From Candidatus Tanganyikabacteria bacterium (lineage in GTDB: Bacteria; Cyanobacteriota; Sericytochromatia; S15B-MN24; VGJW01), in contig VGJY01000002.1 of NCBI GenBank assembly GCA_016867235.1, positions 2,647 through 66,646 on the forward strand: a stretch of DNA of 64,000 bases, written 5' to 3'. Numbering within the stretch: the stretch's first letter is position 1; each line of letters opens with the position of its first letter. Below are positions 47,511-57,644 of this stretch, one piece after another. The translations under genes and the position numbers were made by a program. The notes beneath the pieces were generated by a model that made no database searches, was not told where the DNA came from, and was given only the letters and a program-made list of their open reading frames with translations.

Positions 47511-48575
47511 CTACCGTTCGGGCAGCCGGCGCAGGGCAGCGACGGCGGCGCGGCGCCTGGCGATCGAGCGCTCCAGCAGGCGGCGCGCCCGGGCGTCGTC
47601 CCGCTCGTCAGCCGCCTCCAGGAACAGCCGCCAGCCTTCCTCCATGGCCACCATGCTCTCGACCACCGCGGTCACGACCTGCTCGCGGCCGCGCGGCGGC
47701 GTCCCGTATTCGGCCAGGGTCATCCGGATCTCGTGCCACTCGGGGAGGACTCCCGCCAGGACCGCCCGGGTACGCCGCATGCGCAGGTGTGCCGAGCCGC
47801 GCCGCTCGGCGCCGATCTCTTCGAGGGTCGCGAAAGTCCTGGTGGCCAGGGCATTGAAGCGATCGAGCTGCGCCTGGAAGTCCGGCGGCGCCGGCCACAG
47901 GGCGGCGACCGCCCAGGTGCCCATCGCGAGGGCCGCGCCCTGGATCGCGCCGGCGGATCGCCTGAGCAGGGCGCGCTCGGCCAGCTGTGCCGGTCCCAGC
48001 GCCAGGCCGATGCCCAGTCCTCCCGCGAGCCCGCCGAGATGCGCGGCGTTGTCTATCTGCGGGTTCGCGGCGCCGAAGGCCAGGTTGGCGATCACGAAGA
48101 ACAGGGCGTTGCGCGCCAGGCCCTTCCACGACCCGCCCGCCACCTGCCCGGGGGCCCGCGCCAGCCAGCCGAGGACCAGGCCGTACAGGCCGAAGATGGC
48201 GCCCGACGCGCCGACCGCCGTCAGGTGGGGGTTCCACGCGAGGCTGGCGACGCCCCCGCAGAAGCCCGCGGCCAGGTACGCGAGCAGGAAGTACCCGGCC
48301 CCGATGCGCCGCTCGACGAACCGGCCCACGTCCCATAGCACCCACATGTTCAGCGCCAGGTGGACGAGCCCCGCGTGCACGAACAGGCTGGTGAAGAGCC
48401 GCCACGGCTCGCCCCCGGCCGTCCGCGGGCCGTACGTGGCGCCCCAGGCGAGCATGTCGGCGACCGCCGGTTCCAGCCAGTCGGCGCCCGCGGCGCAAGC
48501 CGCCCCGTACAGCCCGACACAGCCCGCCAGGAGGGCCGCCGTGGCCACGGCGCGCCGTTCGGCGGGCGGGCTCAT
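47511..48575 (-). CDS. Rhomboid family intramembrane serine protease
   Basis: WRLFTSLFVHAGLVHLALNM, VGASGAIFG, AHLGGLAGG; C-terminal helical extension. Confidence 0.9.
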   Translation of the reverse strand: MSPPAERRAVATAALLAGCVGLYGAACAAGADWLEPAVADMLAWGATYGPRTAGGEPWRLFTSLFVHAGLVHLALNMWVLWDVGRFVERRIGAGYFLLAYLAAGFCGGVASLAWNPHLTAVGASGAIFGLYGLVLGWLARAPGQVAGGSWKGLARNALFFVIANLAFGAANPQIDNAAHLGGLAGGLGIGLALGPAQLAERALLRRSAGAIQGAALAMGTWAVAALWPAPPDFQAQLDRFNALATRTFATLEEIGAERRGSAHLRMRRTRAVLAGVLPEWHEIRMTLAEYGTPPRGREQVVTAVVESMVAMEEGWRLFLEAADERDDARARRLLERSIARRRAAVAALRRLPER

Positions 48576-51281
48576 CTAGCCCGTGTAGGGCACCGGCGGC
48601 ATGCTCACCGGATAGCTGGGTGCCGGGCCGTAGCCCTCGGCCTGCCGCAGGACCGTGGCGATGGCCTCCTCGGTGTCCGCGCAGCCGATGACGACCAGAT
48701 CGCCCTCGCGGGCCAGGCTCATGCCGTAGTTGATGGACTCGGCCTCCTGGAGCACCACGTGCAGGCGTTCGGCGGAGAAGTTCGCGCTCTCGACGCCGCG
48801 CTTGATGACCCCTGCGACCTCGCCCGCCTGCCGGCCGCGCAGATCGGTCATCTCGCGCACCACCAGTTCGTCGAAGGTGCCGGCGCAGATGCGCCCGACC
48901 TCTTCGAGTTTCTCGTCGTAGCGGTCGCCCGGCGCGGTGATCACGCCGATGAGGCGCCGCCGTTCCATCTGCGCCACGGTCTCGCAGATGGCGCGATAGG
49001 AATCGGGATTGTGGGCGTAGTCGATCAAGACGGTGAAATCGCGCACCCGCACCATGTTGAGGCGGCCCGGGTTCTGGTCGATGGTGCTCTGGAACGACGC
49101 CACGCCGCTCACGATCTGGTCGTGCGAGAGGCCCGCATGGATGAGGATTGCCACCGCCGCCAGCAGATTCTCGACGTTGTGGCGGGCGCGGCCGCGCAGG
49201 GTCACCGGGATGCGTTCGACCTCCACCAGGGGCATCCGGTGCTCGCCGACCGCGACCATGATCATGTTGCGCCGCAGGTACACCGCCGTCCCGCCCTTCA
49301 TCAGGTGATCCTCCACGACGGGATGGCGGTCCTCGGTCGAGAAGAACGTCACCTTGGTGCCCTCGGGCGCCTCCTGGGCCATCTCGCGGCAGTGGGCGTC
49401 GTCGGCGTTGAGGACCGCGTGGCCCTTGGCGCGCTGCACGAGCAAGCGCTTCACGCGGGCGAGATCTTCCAGGCTCTCGGCGCCATGCTGGCCGAGGTGA
49501 TCGTCGCGGATGTTGAGCACGGCGCCGACATCGCACCACTCGAATGCCATGCCGCGCTTGAAGAGGCCCCCGCGGGCGGTCTCGAGCACGGCGAACTCGC
49601 ACTGGGGATCGGTCAGCACCGTCCGCGCCGACCAGTAGCCGGTGCAATCCCCCTTCACGACTCGCTTGCCGTCGAGGTAGATGCCCTCGGTGGTGGTGAC
49701 GCCGACGCGGATGCCGGCCTGGCGGATGGCGTGGCCCACCAGCAAGGCGGTGGTGGTCTTCCCGTTGGTGCCGGTGATCGCCACGATCGGGATGCGCGTG
49801 GGGCTGCCGGGCGGGTAGAGCATGTCGATGATGGCGGCGCCGACGTCGTGGGGTTCGCCCTCGCTGGGATGCTGGTGCATGCGGATGCCGGGGGCGGCAT
49901 TCACCTCGATGATGGCTCCGCCCTGCTTGTCCAGGGGCTGGGAGATGTCCTCGACCACCACGTCGATGCCGGCGACGTCCAGTCCGACCTTCTTGGCGGC
50001 GCGGACGGCCATCACCGCGTTTTCCGGGTGGATCTGATCGGTCAGGTCGATGGCCGTCCCGCCGGTGGACAGGTTGGCGTTGCTGCGCAGGAGCACCATG
50101 GCGCCCTCGGCCGGGACGCTGTCGGGCGTGCAACCCTGCTTTTGCAGGACCTCGACGACGTTGCCGTCGATCTTGAGCTTGGTCAGGGGCTTTAGATGGC
50201 CGGTGCCGCGGCGCGAATCCGTATTGGCCTCCTCCATGAGCTGCTTGATGGACTGCCTGCCGTCGCCGATCACGTGGGCGGGCAAGCGCCGGGCCACCGC
50301 CACCACGCGATCGCCCACCACGAGCACGCGGTGGTCCTGGCCCTTGATGAACTCCTCGACGAGCACGCTGCGGCCGTACTCGCGGGCGAGATGGAAAGCG
50401 GCCTCGACGTGGGCCGGATCGGACACGTTGACCGTGACGCCCTTTCCCTGGTTGCCGTAATGGGGCTTGACGGCCACCGGCCTGCCCATGCGCCGCGACA
50501 CCGCCAGCGCCTCCTCCACCCGCGTGACCACCTCGCCGCGGGGGACGGGCAAGCCCGCCTCGCGCAGGAGCGCGTTGGTCAGATCCTTGTCCGACGCGAT
50601 ATCGACCGCGATGTGGCTCGTCTCGCTGGTGAGCGCCGCCTGGATGCGCCGCTGGTAGCGGCCGTAGCCAAGCTGGAACAGCGACGCCTCGTCGGTCACC
50701 CGGAACGTGGGGATGCCGCGCCGCGCCGCGGCCTCGACGATGGCCGCGGTGCTGGGCCCGAGGCTGTGGCGCTTGGCCCAGTAGCGCAGGTTGTCGAGAT
50801 CCTCCGCGATATCGAGCATCTCCCCGCGGCACAGCGACTCGACGATGCGGATGCCGACCCACACGGCCTCCTGGACGACCTTCTCGAGCTTGTACGACAC
50901 GACGATCTGGTAACAGCCAGGATGCCGCTTGACCTCGCGGGCCTTCCCGTAGCCCACGTCGACGCCCGCCAGGCACTGCAACTCGATGATGGTGTGCTCG
51001 AGGATGTGCGCCATGTAGGTGCCTTCGTGGAGGCGTTCCACGAAGCCGCCGCGGTAGCCGCGGGAGCAGCGGTGATCCCCCAGCGTCGGGATCAGGTCGA
51101 CCATCTTGTCGGCAAAGCCCGGGAAATCGGTCGACGGCCGGTCGTACAGCTCCTGGAGATCGACCACGAGCAAGTAGGCGGGCCGGGGGCTGTAGAGGTT
51201 GGGACCGCGCAGGACGCGCCTCTCCAGGACCTTGATGGGCAACTTGGGGATCTCCTCTCGACGGCCGCGGGAAGTCGCCAT
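48576..51281 (-). CDS. cphA: Cyanophycin synthetase
   Basis: GPNLYS, HRCSRG..GGF..RL.EGT, LGPST, ATP-grasp (GNQGKGV, EVNAAPG) plus Mur ligase (TGTNGKTT, ETARGG, DYAHN). Confidence 0.96.
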   Translation of the reverse strand: MATSRGRREEIPKLPIKVLERRVLRGPNLYSPRPAYLLVVDLQELYDRPSTDFPGFADKMVDLIPTLGDHRCSRGYRGGFVERLHEGTYMAHILEHTIIELQCLAGVDVGYGKAREVKRHPGCYQIVVSYKLEKVVQEAVWVGIRIVESLCRGEMLDIAEDLDNLRYWAKRHSLGPSTAAIVEAAARRGIPTFRVTDEASLFQLGYGRYQRRIQAALTSETSHIAVDIASDKDLTNALLREAGLPVPRGEVVTRVEEALAVSRRMGRPVAVKPHYGNQGKGVTVNVSDPAHVEAAFHLAREYGRSVLVEEFIKGQDHRVLVVGDRVVAVARRLPAHVIGDGRQSIKQLMEEANTDSRRGTGHLKPLTKLKIDGNVVEVLQKQGCTPDSVPAEGAMVLLRSNANLSTGGTAIDLTDQIHPENAVMAVRAAKKVGLDVAGIDVVVEDISQPLDKQGGAIIEVNAAPGIRMHQHPSEGEPHDVGAAIIDMLYPPGSPTRIPIVAITGTNGKTTTALLVGHAIRQAGIRVGVTTTEGIYLDGKRVVKGDCTGYWSARTVLTDPQCEFAVLETARGGLFKRGMAFEWCDVGAVLNIRDDHLGQHGAESLEDLARVKRLLVQRAKGHAVLNADDAHCREMAQEAPEGTKVTFFSTEDRHPVVEDHLMKGGTAVYLRRNMIMVAVGEHRMPLVEVERIPVTLRGRARHNVENLLAAVAILIHAGLSHDQIVSGVASFQSTIDQNPGRLNMVRVRDFTVLIDYAHNPDSYRAICETVAQMERRRLIGVITAPGDRYDEKLEEVGRICAGTFDELVVREMTDLRGRQAGEVAGVIKRGVESANFSAERLHVVLQEAESINYGMSLAREGDLVVIGCADTEEAIATVLRQAEGYGPAPSYPVSMPPVPYTG

Positions 51282-51382
51282 GGTAGCTCAGGCCGCGTCT
51301 TTATTGAACTTTTAACACAAGGAATCGTGACTTAACGCCCATAACACTCCCGGGGTAGCACAGGTGGTGGGGTAACTCGGAG

Positions 51383-51574
51383 ATGTTCAGATCGTGTCCT
51401 GACATGTGGCCGCATCTGCAGCGGCCGGAGAAGTCGGCCGAGGCGGCCGTGGGTCGCCGAACGCGCACGATGCCGCTGGTTCTGGACGAGGTGCGCGAGA
51501 TCGTGGAGTCCAGCTTGCGGCGGGCGCCGCGGCGGGCGCGCACCAGGGAGCTGCGGCTGCTGTTCTCGTCTTGA
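51383..51574 (+). CDS. Possible small hypothetical protein between cphB and cphA
   Basis: 63-aa ORF with GGAG upstream, opposite strand to cph genes. Confidence 0.3.
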   Translation: MFRSCPDMWPHLQRPEKSAEAAVGRRTRTMPLVLDEVREIVESSLRRAPRRARTRELRLLFSS

Positions 51575-51605
51575 GGCCTCGCGGCTCGGGGGGCCGTCCG
51601 GACGC

Positions 51606-52517
51606 CTAGGGGCGCGGCGCGATTGACCGCTGCCGCTCGGCCTGGGCCTCCGACTGGATGCCGATCGCGGGCCAATCCGGTTCGGGACAGCCGCAGCGCC
51701 AGTCCGCGCCTAGCGGCACGCGATTCTCGATGTTGAACGCCATCCCGGCGGGCAGCATGTGGAGCCGTACGTTCATCATCGCCAGCAACTCGCCCGTCTC
51801 GGCGGTCGTGACGTTGGAGTTGCCGATCTCGCGGCCGTCCAGGATGGTCACCATCCCACTGCCGACGATGCGGAAGTCGTAGTTCGGACAGACCACCATC
51901 GCCGTGTTCTCGTCGATGCCCAGCCCCAGGATGAACGGGTTCTGGGCCACTATCGACAGCAAGCGTCCCAGTCGCTGCCGCTGCAGGAAGTGCTGATCGA
52001 CGACCACGCGCCGCAGGAAGCCCAGGCCGGGGGCCAGGTGCAACATGTGCTTGCGCGGGTGCAGGCCCATGCCCCCCTCGGCGATCATGTGTTCGCTGAT
52101 GGCACTCGCCCCCGCCGACGTGCCTGCGATGGTGAGGCCGCGCTTGTGTGCGCGGTGCATGGCCTTGGCGACCTCGGTACCTCCCAGGATCGACGAGATC
52201 CGGTTCTGGTCGCCGCCCGTCAGGAAGACGCCGGTGCTTGCATACACCAGGTCGGCGTGGGCGGGATCGTTGGCCTCCTCTCGCGAGTCGATCGGCAGGT
52301 ATTGCACCTCGGCGGCGCCAAGAAGCTTGAACAGCCGCGCGTAGGTCTGCCACTTGGCCTCGGCGTTCAGCGAAGCCGTGGGGACGACCACGATGCGGGC
52401 GTTGCGGCCACCGGCGATGTCCACGACCGAGGCGAGGATGGGACTGTCGATTTCCTTGGACTCGGCCCCGCCGATGAGGATCAGGTGGCCGCGGCGATTC
52501 GGCGCATCAATGGTCAT
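51606..52517 (-). CDS. cphB: Cyanophycinase (peptidase S51)
   Basis: LILIGGAE, VPTAS, FLTGGDQ, AGTSAGA, DQHF..R.RLGRL, GIDENT. Confidence 0.95.
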   Translation of the reverse strand: MTIDAPNRRGHLILIGGAESKEIDSPILASVVDIAGGRNARIVVVPTASLNAEAKWQTYARLFKLLGAAEVQYLPIDSREEANDPAHADLVYASTGVFLTGGDQNRISSILGGTEVAKAMHRAHKRGLTIAGTSAGASAISEHMIAEGGMGLHPRKHMLHLAPGLGFLRRVVVDQHFLQRQRLGRLLSIVAQNPFILGLGIDENTAMVVCPNYDFRIVGSGMVTILDGREIGNSNVTTAETGELLAMMNVRLHMLPAGMAFNIENRVPLGADWRCGCPEPDWPAIGIQSEAQAERQRSIAPRP

Positions 52518-52545
52518 GCAAGGCGGATCATACCCGCCCGCGGCC

Positions 52546-53004
52546 TCAACCGCTCTTCGAGATCGTGCGCGAGTGGTCGGCCAGCGACGCGGCGAGCGAC
52601 TCCAGGCCCAGGAACAGCCACTTCCGCTCGGCCGGGGGCAGATCGAGCACGTGACTCGCGCGATTGAGGTCGAGGGTGACCCCAGCGCCACGCGCTTCTT
52701 CCAGCGTCTCCCACTCCTCGTCCGTCAAGGGGTGCTTGCCCGCGGTAGGCCGGCAATCCACGACCTCGAGCCGCGGCTCCTCGCCGCGGGCGACACGGAA
52801 CAGGAACTCGGCATCCACGCGCAGGCCATGGGCGAGTTTCTGCAGGGTGTCGAGCGAGGGGGCCTTCGTGACGCGGCCGACCATGATGTTGGCCAGCGTG
52901 CCCGGATTAAGGCCGGAGAGCCGAGCGAGCTCATTCTGGCTGATCCCCAGCTCCGCTCGGCGGACCCGGATAAAGGCCACGAGACGATCTACAGCGGATT
53001 TCAT
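52546..53004 (-). CDS. XRE-family helix-turn-helix regulator
   Basis: RRAELGISQNELARLSGL...PSLDTLQKLAHGL. Confidence 0.85.
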   Translation of the reverse strand: MKSAVDRLVAFIRVRRAELGISQNELARLSGLNPGTLANIMVGRVTKAPSLDTLQKLAHGLRVDAEFLFRVARGEEPRLEVVDCRPTAGKHPLTDEEWETLEEARGAGVTLDLNRASHVLDLPPAERKWLFLGLESLAASLADHSRTISKSG

Positions 53005-53133
53005 CTGAATTACTCTCGAAGAAAGCAATATTAACCGCCCCACGTGATGTAAAGAAACGGGCGCGGTTTGACCCGATGAGGCCCCTGGGGATGCGCTCGC
53101 AGGTCGGATGGCTTGCGGTTGCGATCTACCCTA

Positions 53134-54885
53134 TCACCGGAGGGCGGGGGTCTTGAACCCCCTTGCAAGTTTGACTTCCGCTTCGTAGCGCTCCGCCTCG
53201 CGTTGCGCCCAGGCAACAGCCTCGGTGCGCGACCACCCGAGCGACTCTCCCACCTCGCGGCCCACCAGGTCGGCCACCTCGGCGAGGCAGCCGAGGCCGG
53301 AAAACGCGTCCACCAGCTGAATTCGCAGCCGGCGCGCCAGCACGTCGGCCACCGAGAGCGCACCTTCGTGCCGGACGGCAAACGCGACTTGCGCGCGCCA
53401 GAACGGCACCTCCGCCGAAAGATTGCCGATTTCCCCCGCCAGGCGGCCCTCCGCGCGGGCAATGTCGAGGACCGGCCGAAAGCCGCTGCCGTACACCTGC
53501 GCAAGGCGCCCGACCATCCGGGCCTCGCTGGCGGCCGCTCCGGCGCGTTCGCGTTCCACGAGGGCGGCGAGCTCCTCCGGGCGCGTCGGGCCGCCGTACG
53601 GCACGACCCGCGCCCTGGGCACCCGGCCGCCCGCGGCGCACCCTGCCGCCCGCAGGCTCCTGGCGACGCGATCGACCAGTTGCCGCGCCATGACCCGGTA
53701 CGTCGTCAGCTTCCCCCCGGCCAGGCACCAGATGCCCGACGGCGTCTCGAAGATCTCGTGCTCGCGCGAGATGTCGGACTCGAACTCCGCGTGCGCGGGC
53801 GCCACAAGCGGCCGCCAGCCGCCGAACGCGCTGATGACGTCGTCCGCCCGCAGGTTCATCCCGGGGCATGCGGCATTGACCGACCCGAGGAGATAGCCGA
53901 CCTCGTCGGCCGTGGCATGCGTGTCTCGATCGAGGTAGCCGTCGCCGTCGGCGGTGCCGGGATTGGCCGTATCGGTCGTGCCGATGAGCGATCGCTCGCC
54001 CCAGGGGATCACGAACATGTACCGGCGCCGGCCGTCGGCATGCGGCAGGGTCTTGAGGATCAACGCATGGCCATGCGTGAAGCTGGGGACCACGACGTGA
54101 ATGCCCTTGGTGGGCAACAGCTTGCGGGGCGCGTCCGGCCGATCCAGGCGGTTGACCGCGTCCAGCCAGGGCCCCGCGGCATTGACGACTGCGTGGCCCC
54201 TGATCTCGAAGGGTTCGCCACCGAGGGCGTCGCGCGCGATCACGCCCGTCACGCGGTGCGCCCGATCGTAGGAGAAGCCCTCGGCCTGGCAGTAGTTGGC
54301 CACCGTGGCGCCCAGCAGCGAGGCCGCCTTGACCACGTCGATCACCAGGCGGGCGTCGTCGGTCAGGCCATCCACGTAGCGCAGGGCGCCTATCAGGTCG
54401 GCCTTCTCGAAACAGGGCTCCTCCGCGCGCAGGGCGTCCGGATCGAGGCTGCCATGCCACTTCGAGGCCGAAAAGCCCGTCAGGGAACTCAGGGTTTCGT
54501 AGACCGTGATCCCCAGGCGCGCTTGCCAGAGCGTCAGGCGTCGCCCGGACTCCACCGGGTAGATGAACGGCAGCTCGCGCGCCAGGTGCGGCACCTGGCG
54601 GAACAGGCGGTTGCGCTCCATCAGGGCTTCACCGACCAGATGGAACCGGAACTGCTCGAGGTACCGCAGGCCGCCGTGCAGCATCTTGCTGGACTTGCTG
54701 CTCGTGCCGCTGGAAAAATCGAGGCGTTCGACCAGTGCCACCGAGAGCCCGCGCGCCGCGGCCTCGTGCGCGATTCCCGCCCCGCAGATGCCGCCGCCGA
54801 TGACCACCAGGTCGAAGTGCTTGCGGCCCATCTCCAGGAGCGCAGCCTGCCTGGCTTGCGGGGAGAGGGCCGGGAGCGACGCCAT
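53134..54885 (-). CDS. glpD: FAD-dependent glycerol-3-phosphate dehydrogenase/oxidase
   Basis: IGGGICG, GTSSKSSKMLHGGLRYL, TDDARL, GTTD, SREH, GGKLTTYR. Confidence 0.9.
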   Translation of the reverse strand: MASLPALSPQARQAALLEMGRKHFDLVVIGGGICGAGIAHEAAARGLSVALVERLDFSSGTSSKSSKMLHGGLRYLEQFRFHLVGEALMERNRLFRQVPHLARELPFIYPVESGRRLTLWQARLGITVYETLSSLTGFSASKWHGSLDPDALRAEEPCFEKADLIGALRYVDGLTDDARLVIDVVKAASLLGATVANYCQAEGFSYDRAHRVTGVIARDALGGEPFEIRGHAVVNAAGPWLDAVNRLDRPDAPRKLLPTKGIHVVVPSFTHGHALILKTLPHADGRRRYMFVIPWGERSLIGTTDTANPGTADGDGYLDRDTHATADEVGYLLGSVNAACPGMNLRADDVISAFGGWRPLVAPAHAEFESDISREHEIFETPSGIWCLAGGKLTTYRVMARQLVDRVARSLRAAGCAAGGRVPRARVVPYGGPTRPEELAALVERERAGAAASEARMVGRLAQVYGSGFRPVLDIARAEGRLAGEIGNLSAEVPFWRAQVAFAVRHEGALSVADVLARRLRIQLVDAFSGLGCLAEVADLVGREVGESLGWSRTEAVAWAQREAERYEAEVKLARGFKTPALR

Positions 54886-54900
54886 ACTTCCTGGATCCTA

Positions 54901-56544
54901 CTACAGGAAGAAGATCCCCGGATTCAGCAGGCCCGGCGGATCCACCCCGCGCAGCGCGCCCCGCACGAGTGCGGCGCCGGCATGGCCGGCGTGGCGCCCG
55001 TACCATGCCGCGTGGTCCCGGCCGACGCCATGGTGATGGCTCAAGGCCCCGCCATTGGCCAGGATCGCGTCGGTCGCGGCCTGCTTGGCCGCCCACCACT
55101 GCTCGATCGGGCGCTCGGCATCCTGGCGCGCGAGGAAGGTGAAGTACAACGAAGCGCCGACCTCGTAGGCATGCGAGAGGTGGCAGAAGACCCAGGCGGG
55201 CGTTCCCCAGTCGGCCAGGGCGCGGTGAAGGGCCCCCGTCACCGCGCCATGCAACGCTTCCAGGTTGGACCAGACCGTGGCGGTCTCGAGCGTGTCGACC
55301 ATGACGCCGCGATCGAGCAGGACGTCTCGCAGGTAGGGGAGATCGAAGCGGTGGTCGTACCACTCCCGCCCCACCCGCTCTCCCAGCCCCATCCCGCCGG
55401 CCGCCGCCACCGCCTCCTCGGTCAGGCGCCGCTCGTGCTCGAGATCGGACGCCCGCGCGTGCTCGAAACCCATGATGAGCAAGCACCTGCCATCCAGCGG
55501 ACCGAGCATGCGCTTCACGAGACCGGCGACCAGGCGGCCCGGTCCTGGCGGCGTTTCCCGCCGCAGCGCGAAGGTCCCCTCCGTTTCGGCCGCGTCCGAA
55601 AGGCGCAATGTCGCGGGCTTCCCGCCGGCCTGGAGTATGGTCCTGACAGCGCGGGCGCCGCTGGAAAAGTCGCGGAGCAGGGCGGCCTGGTAGCGGCGCA
55701 CCCGCGGGACCGGCCGGACGCGGAGCGTCGCCTCGGTGATGATGCCGCAGGTCCCCTCGCTGCCGGCCAGGAAGCGATTGAGGTCCGGGCCGTCGCTCGC
55801 GGCCGGGACGCAAGGCGTCGCGAGTTCGCCGGCAGGGGTGGCCAGGCGCAAGGCCACGACCATGTCCTCGATCTTGCCGTAGCGCGTGGACTGCTGGCCC
55901 GCCGACCGCGCGGCGATCCAGCCGCCGAGGGTCGAGAATTCGAAGGACTGCGGGTAGTGGCCAAGCGTGAAGCCCTGCGCCTCGAGCTGCCGCTCCAGGT
56001 CGGGGCCCAGGATGCCGGCCTGGATCCGGGCCGTCCGGCTTTCGCGGTCGAGCGCCAGGACTCGATCGAGGCGCGCCAGGGACACGACGAGGTAGGGGCG
56101 GGGCGGACCCTCGACTCCGCCCACCACCGAAGTCCCGCCACCGAAGGGCACCACGGGCATCCCCAGCTCGGAGGCGGCCGCCAGGACGGCAGCGACCGCC
56201 TCGTGGCTGCCGGGAGCCAGCACCGCCACGGGGGGATTCCCCACCGTGCCGCGCCGCAGCCTAACCAGGTCCCGGTACGATTTCCCGAAGGCGTGCCGCA
56301 CGCGCGCTTCGTGATCGGTGGTGAGCGCATCCGCACCGCCGGCCGCCGCCGCGAGGCGCACCAGCACGGACTCCGACACGCCGGGAGCCGGGAGAGCGAT
56401 GTCGTCCAAGGCGACCGGCGGCCGCCCACCGGCCGGTTCGCCGATGCGGGCGGTCAGGGCGGGCCAGAGCCTGGGTCGATCGTCCAGGGAAAAGGACTTC
56501 GTCGGGTCGCCCCAGCCAAACCAGCGCGTGAGCATGCGGACCAT
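54901..56544 (-). CDS. FAD-binding oxidoreductase, alkylglycerone-phosphate synthase (AGPS)-like
   Basis: WFGWG, PFGGGTSVVGG, GHYPQSFEFSTLGGW, TRYGKIED, GSEG, HLSHAY..GASLYF, SHHHGVG. Confidence 0.85.
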   Translation of the reverse strand: MVRMLTRWFGWGDPTKSFSLDDRPRLWPALTARIGEPAGGRPPVALDDIALPAPGVSESVLVRLAAAAGGADALTTDHEARVRHAFGKSYRDLVRLRRGTVGNPPVAVLAPGSHEAVAAVLAAASELGMPVVPFGGGTSVVGGVEGPPRPYLVVSLARLDRVLALDRESRTARIQAGILGPDLERQLEAQGFTLGHYPQSFEFSTLGGWIAARSAGQQSTRYGKIEDMVVALRLATPAGELATPCVPAASDGPDLNRFLAGSEGTCGIITEATLRVRPVPRVRRYQAALLRDFSSGARAVRTILQAGGKPATLRLSDAAETEGTFALRRETPPGPGRLVAGLVKRMLGPLDGRCLLIMGFEHARASDLEHERRLTEEAVAAAGGMGLGERVGREWYDHRFDLPYLRDVLLDRGVMVDTLETATVWSNLEALHGAVTGALHRALADWGTPAWVFCHLSHAYEVGASLYFTFLARQDAERPIEQWWAAKQAATDAILANGGALSHHHGVGRDHAAWYGRHAGHAGAALVRGALRGVDPPGLLNPGIFFL

Positions 56545-56668
56545 GATGGTTCCCCGCCATGGCAAGGGCAAGTGGCCGAATTCTCTCGTCCATCGCCAAG
56601 CTAGGTACGAGCCTGCCTTCCCCTTAGCGTGTGTCCGCCACAACCGGAATCGAAAGGGAAGGTACAGC

Positions 56669-57544
56669 ATGATGCGATCGACCCTGGCCCGATCGCTCGC
56701 CCTGGGCCTGGCGCTCTCGCTGCCGTTCGGCGTCAGCGCGATCGCGGCGCAGCATGGCCGGGCCACGCTACAGAGCTCCGGAGCCAGCGATCTGCTGGTA
56801 GCCTACGAGAATACATTGATGGCGCATGCCGACGCCTCGCAGGGCAATACGGCGCTTGCGCAGAGCCACCTCAACCTGGCGCGAATGCATCTCGAGCATG
56901 CGAACAAGTCCCTCGGCGCCACGCCGGGCCGCGAGCCCGAGCGGCCGCGGGGCGGCGGCGGCGGCCCCGAAGGCGCCATGATGGAACCCGAAGGCGAAGA
57001 GCGTGCGGCCGAGGATGCGCGCGAGGCCGAGGCGCAGGGCGGTGGCGGCGGTCCCGCCCGCGGGCCGCTCAGCGGGCTCGAGACCATGCTGCGCGCCACC
57101 GAGGAAGACGTGAACACCGAGAGTACGAACCGCCTGGTCGCGTCGTTCACGAACGAACTCGCCCGCGTGGCCCAGATGGGCGGCGGGGGCGGACCGGGCC
57201 AAAGGCCCCAGCCGCTCGCCGAGCGCATCACGGCGACCGAGCATCTGGAGATGGCCTACGCCTCGACCGGCAAGGCTGCCGGCTCCACCGCCATCCAGGC
57301 CTGGGAGGAGGCGAAGGCCGGCATCGACGACGCCAAGCGCCACCTGGACCACGCCAAGAAGGCTCCGGGCAACGAAGCGCTCAAGGCGCAACTCGACCGG
57401 GCCGAGAAGGCGATCAAGGATGCCGAGGGCCCGATCAAGAGCAAGTCGGGCGACGCCCTGGACAGGTCGGCGCGCGCCATCCGCGAGCTGACCATGACCC
57501 TGGCCGCCATGGCGCCTCGCGAGATGCAGGACCGGTCCCGCTAG
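56669..57544 (+). CDS. Secreted helical protein with three GGGGGP linkers
   Basis: Signal peptide after GGAAGG; two similar His-containing helical blocks. Confidence 0.7.
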   Translation: MMRSTLARSLALGLALSLPFGVSAIAAQHGRATLQSSGASDLLVAYENTLMAHADASQGNTALAQSHLNLARMHLEHANKSLGATPGREPERPRGGGGGPEGAMMEPEGEERAAEDAREAEAQGGGGGPARGPLSGLETMLRATEEDVNTESTNRLVASFTNELARVAQMGGGGGPGQRPQPLAERITATEHLEMAYASTGKAAGSTAIQAWEEAKAGIDDAKRHLDHAKKAPGNEALKAQLDRAEKAIKDAEGPIKSKSGDALDRSARAIRELTMTLAAMAPREMQDRSR

Positions 57545-57614
57545 GGCGCTCCTTTCGCCTTGACCTCCCCGCGACCGCCAATTCGAGCCGCGGGGCCGGC
57601 TAGGACATCACCAG

Positions 57615-57641
57615 CGAGGCCGCGGTCCTGCCGCGGCCTCG
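57615..57641. terminator. Hairpin between convergent genes
   Basis: 11-bp perfect stem CGAGGCCGCGG / CCGCGGCCTCG. Confidence 0.5.
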
Positions 57642-57644
57642 TCG

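Noticed and set aside
53113-56604. 1163-aa plus-strand ORF (likewise 47608..50976, 8098..10326, 36877..39138, 46827..48338)
   Set aside because: Antisense or frame-shadow ORFs of well-supported genes, expected in high-GC DNA; no motifs
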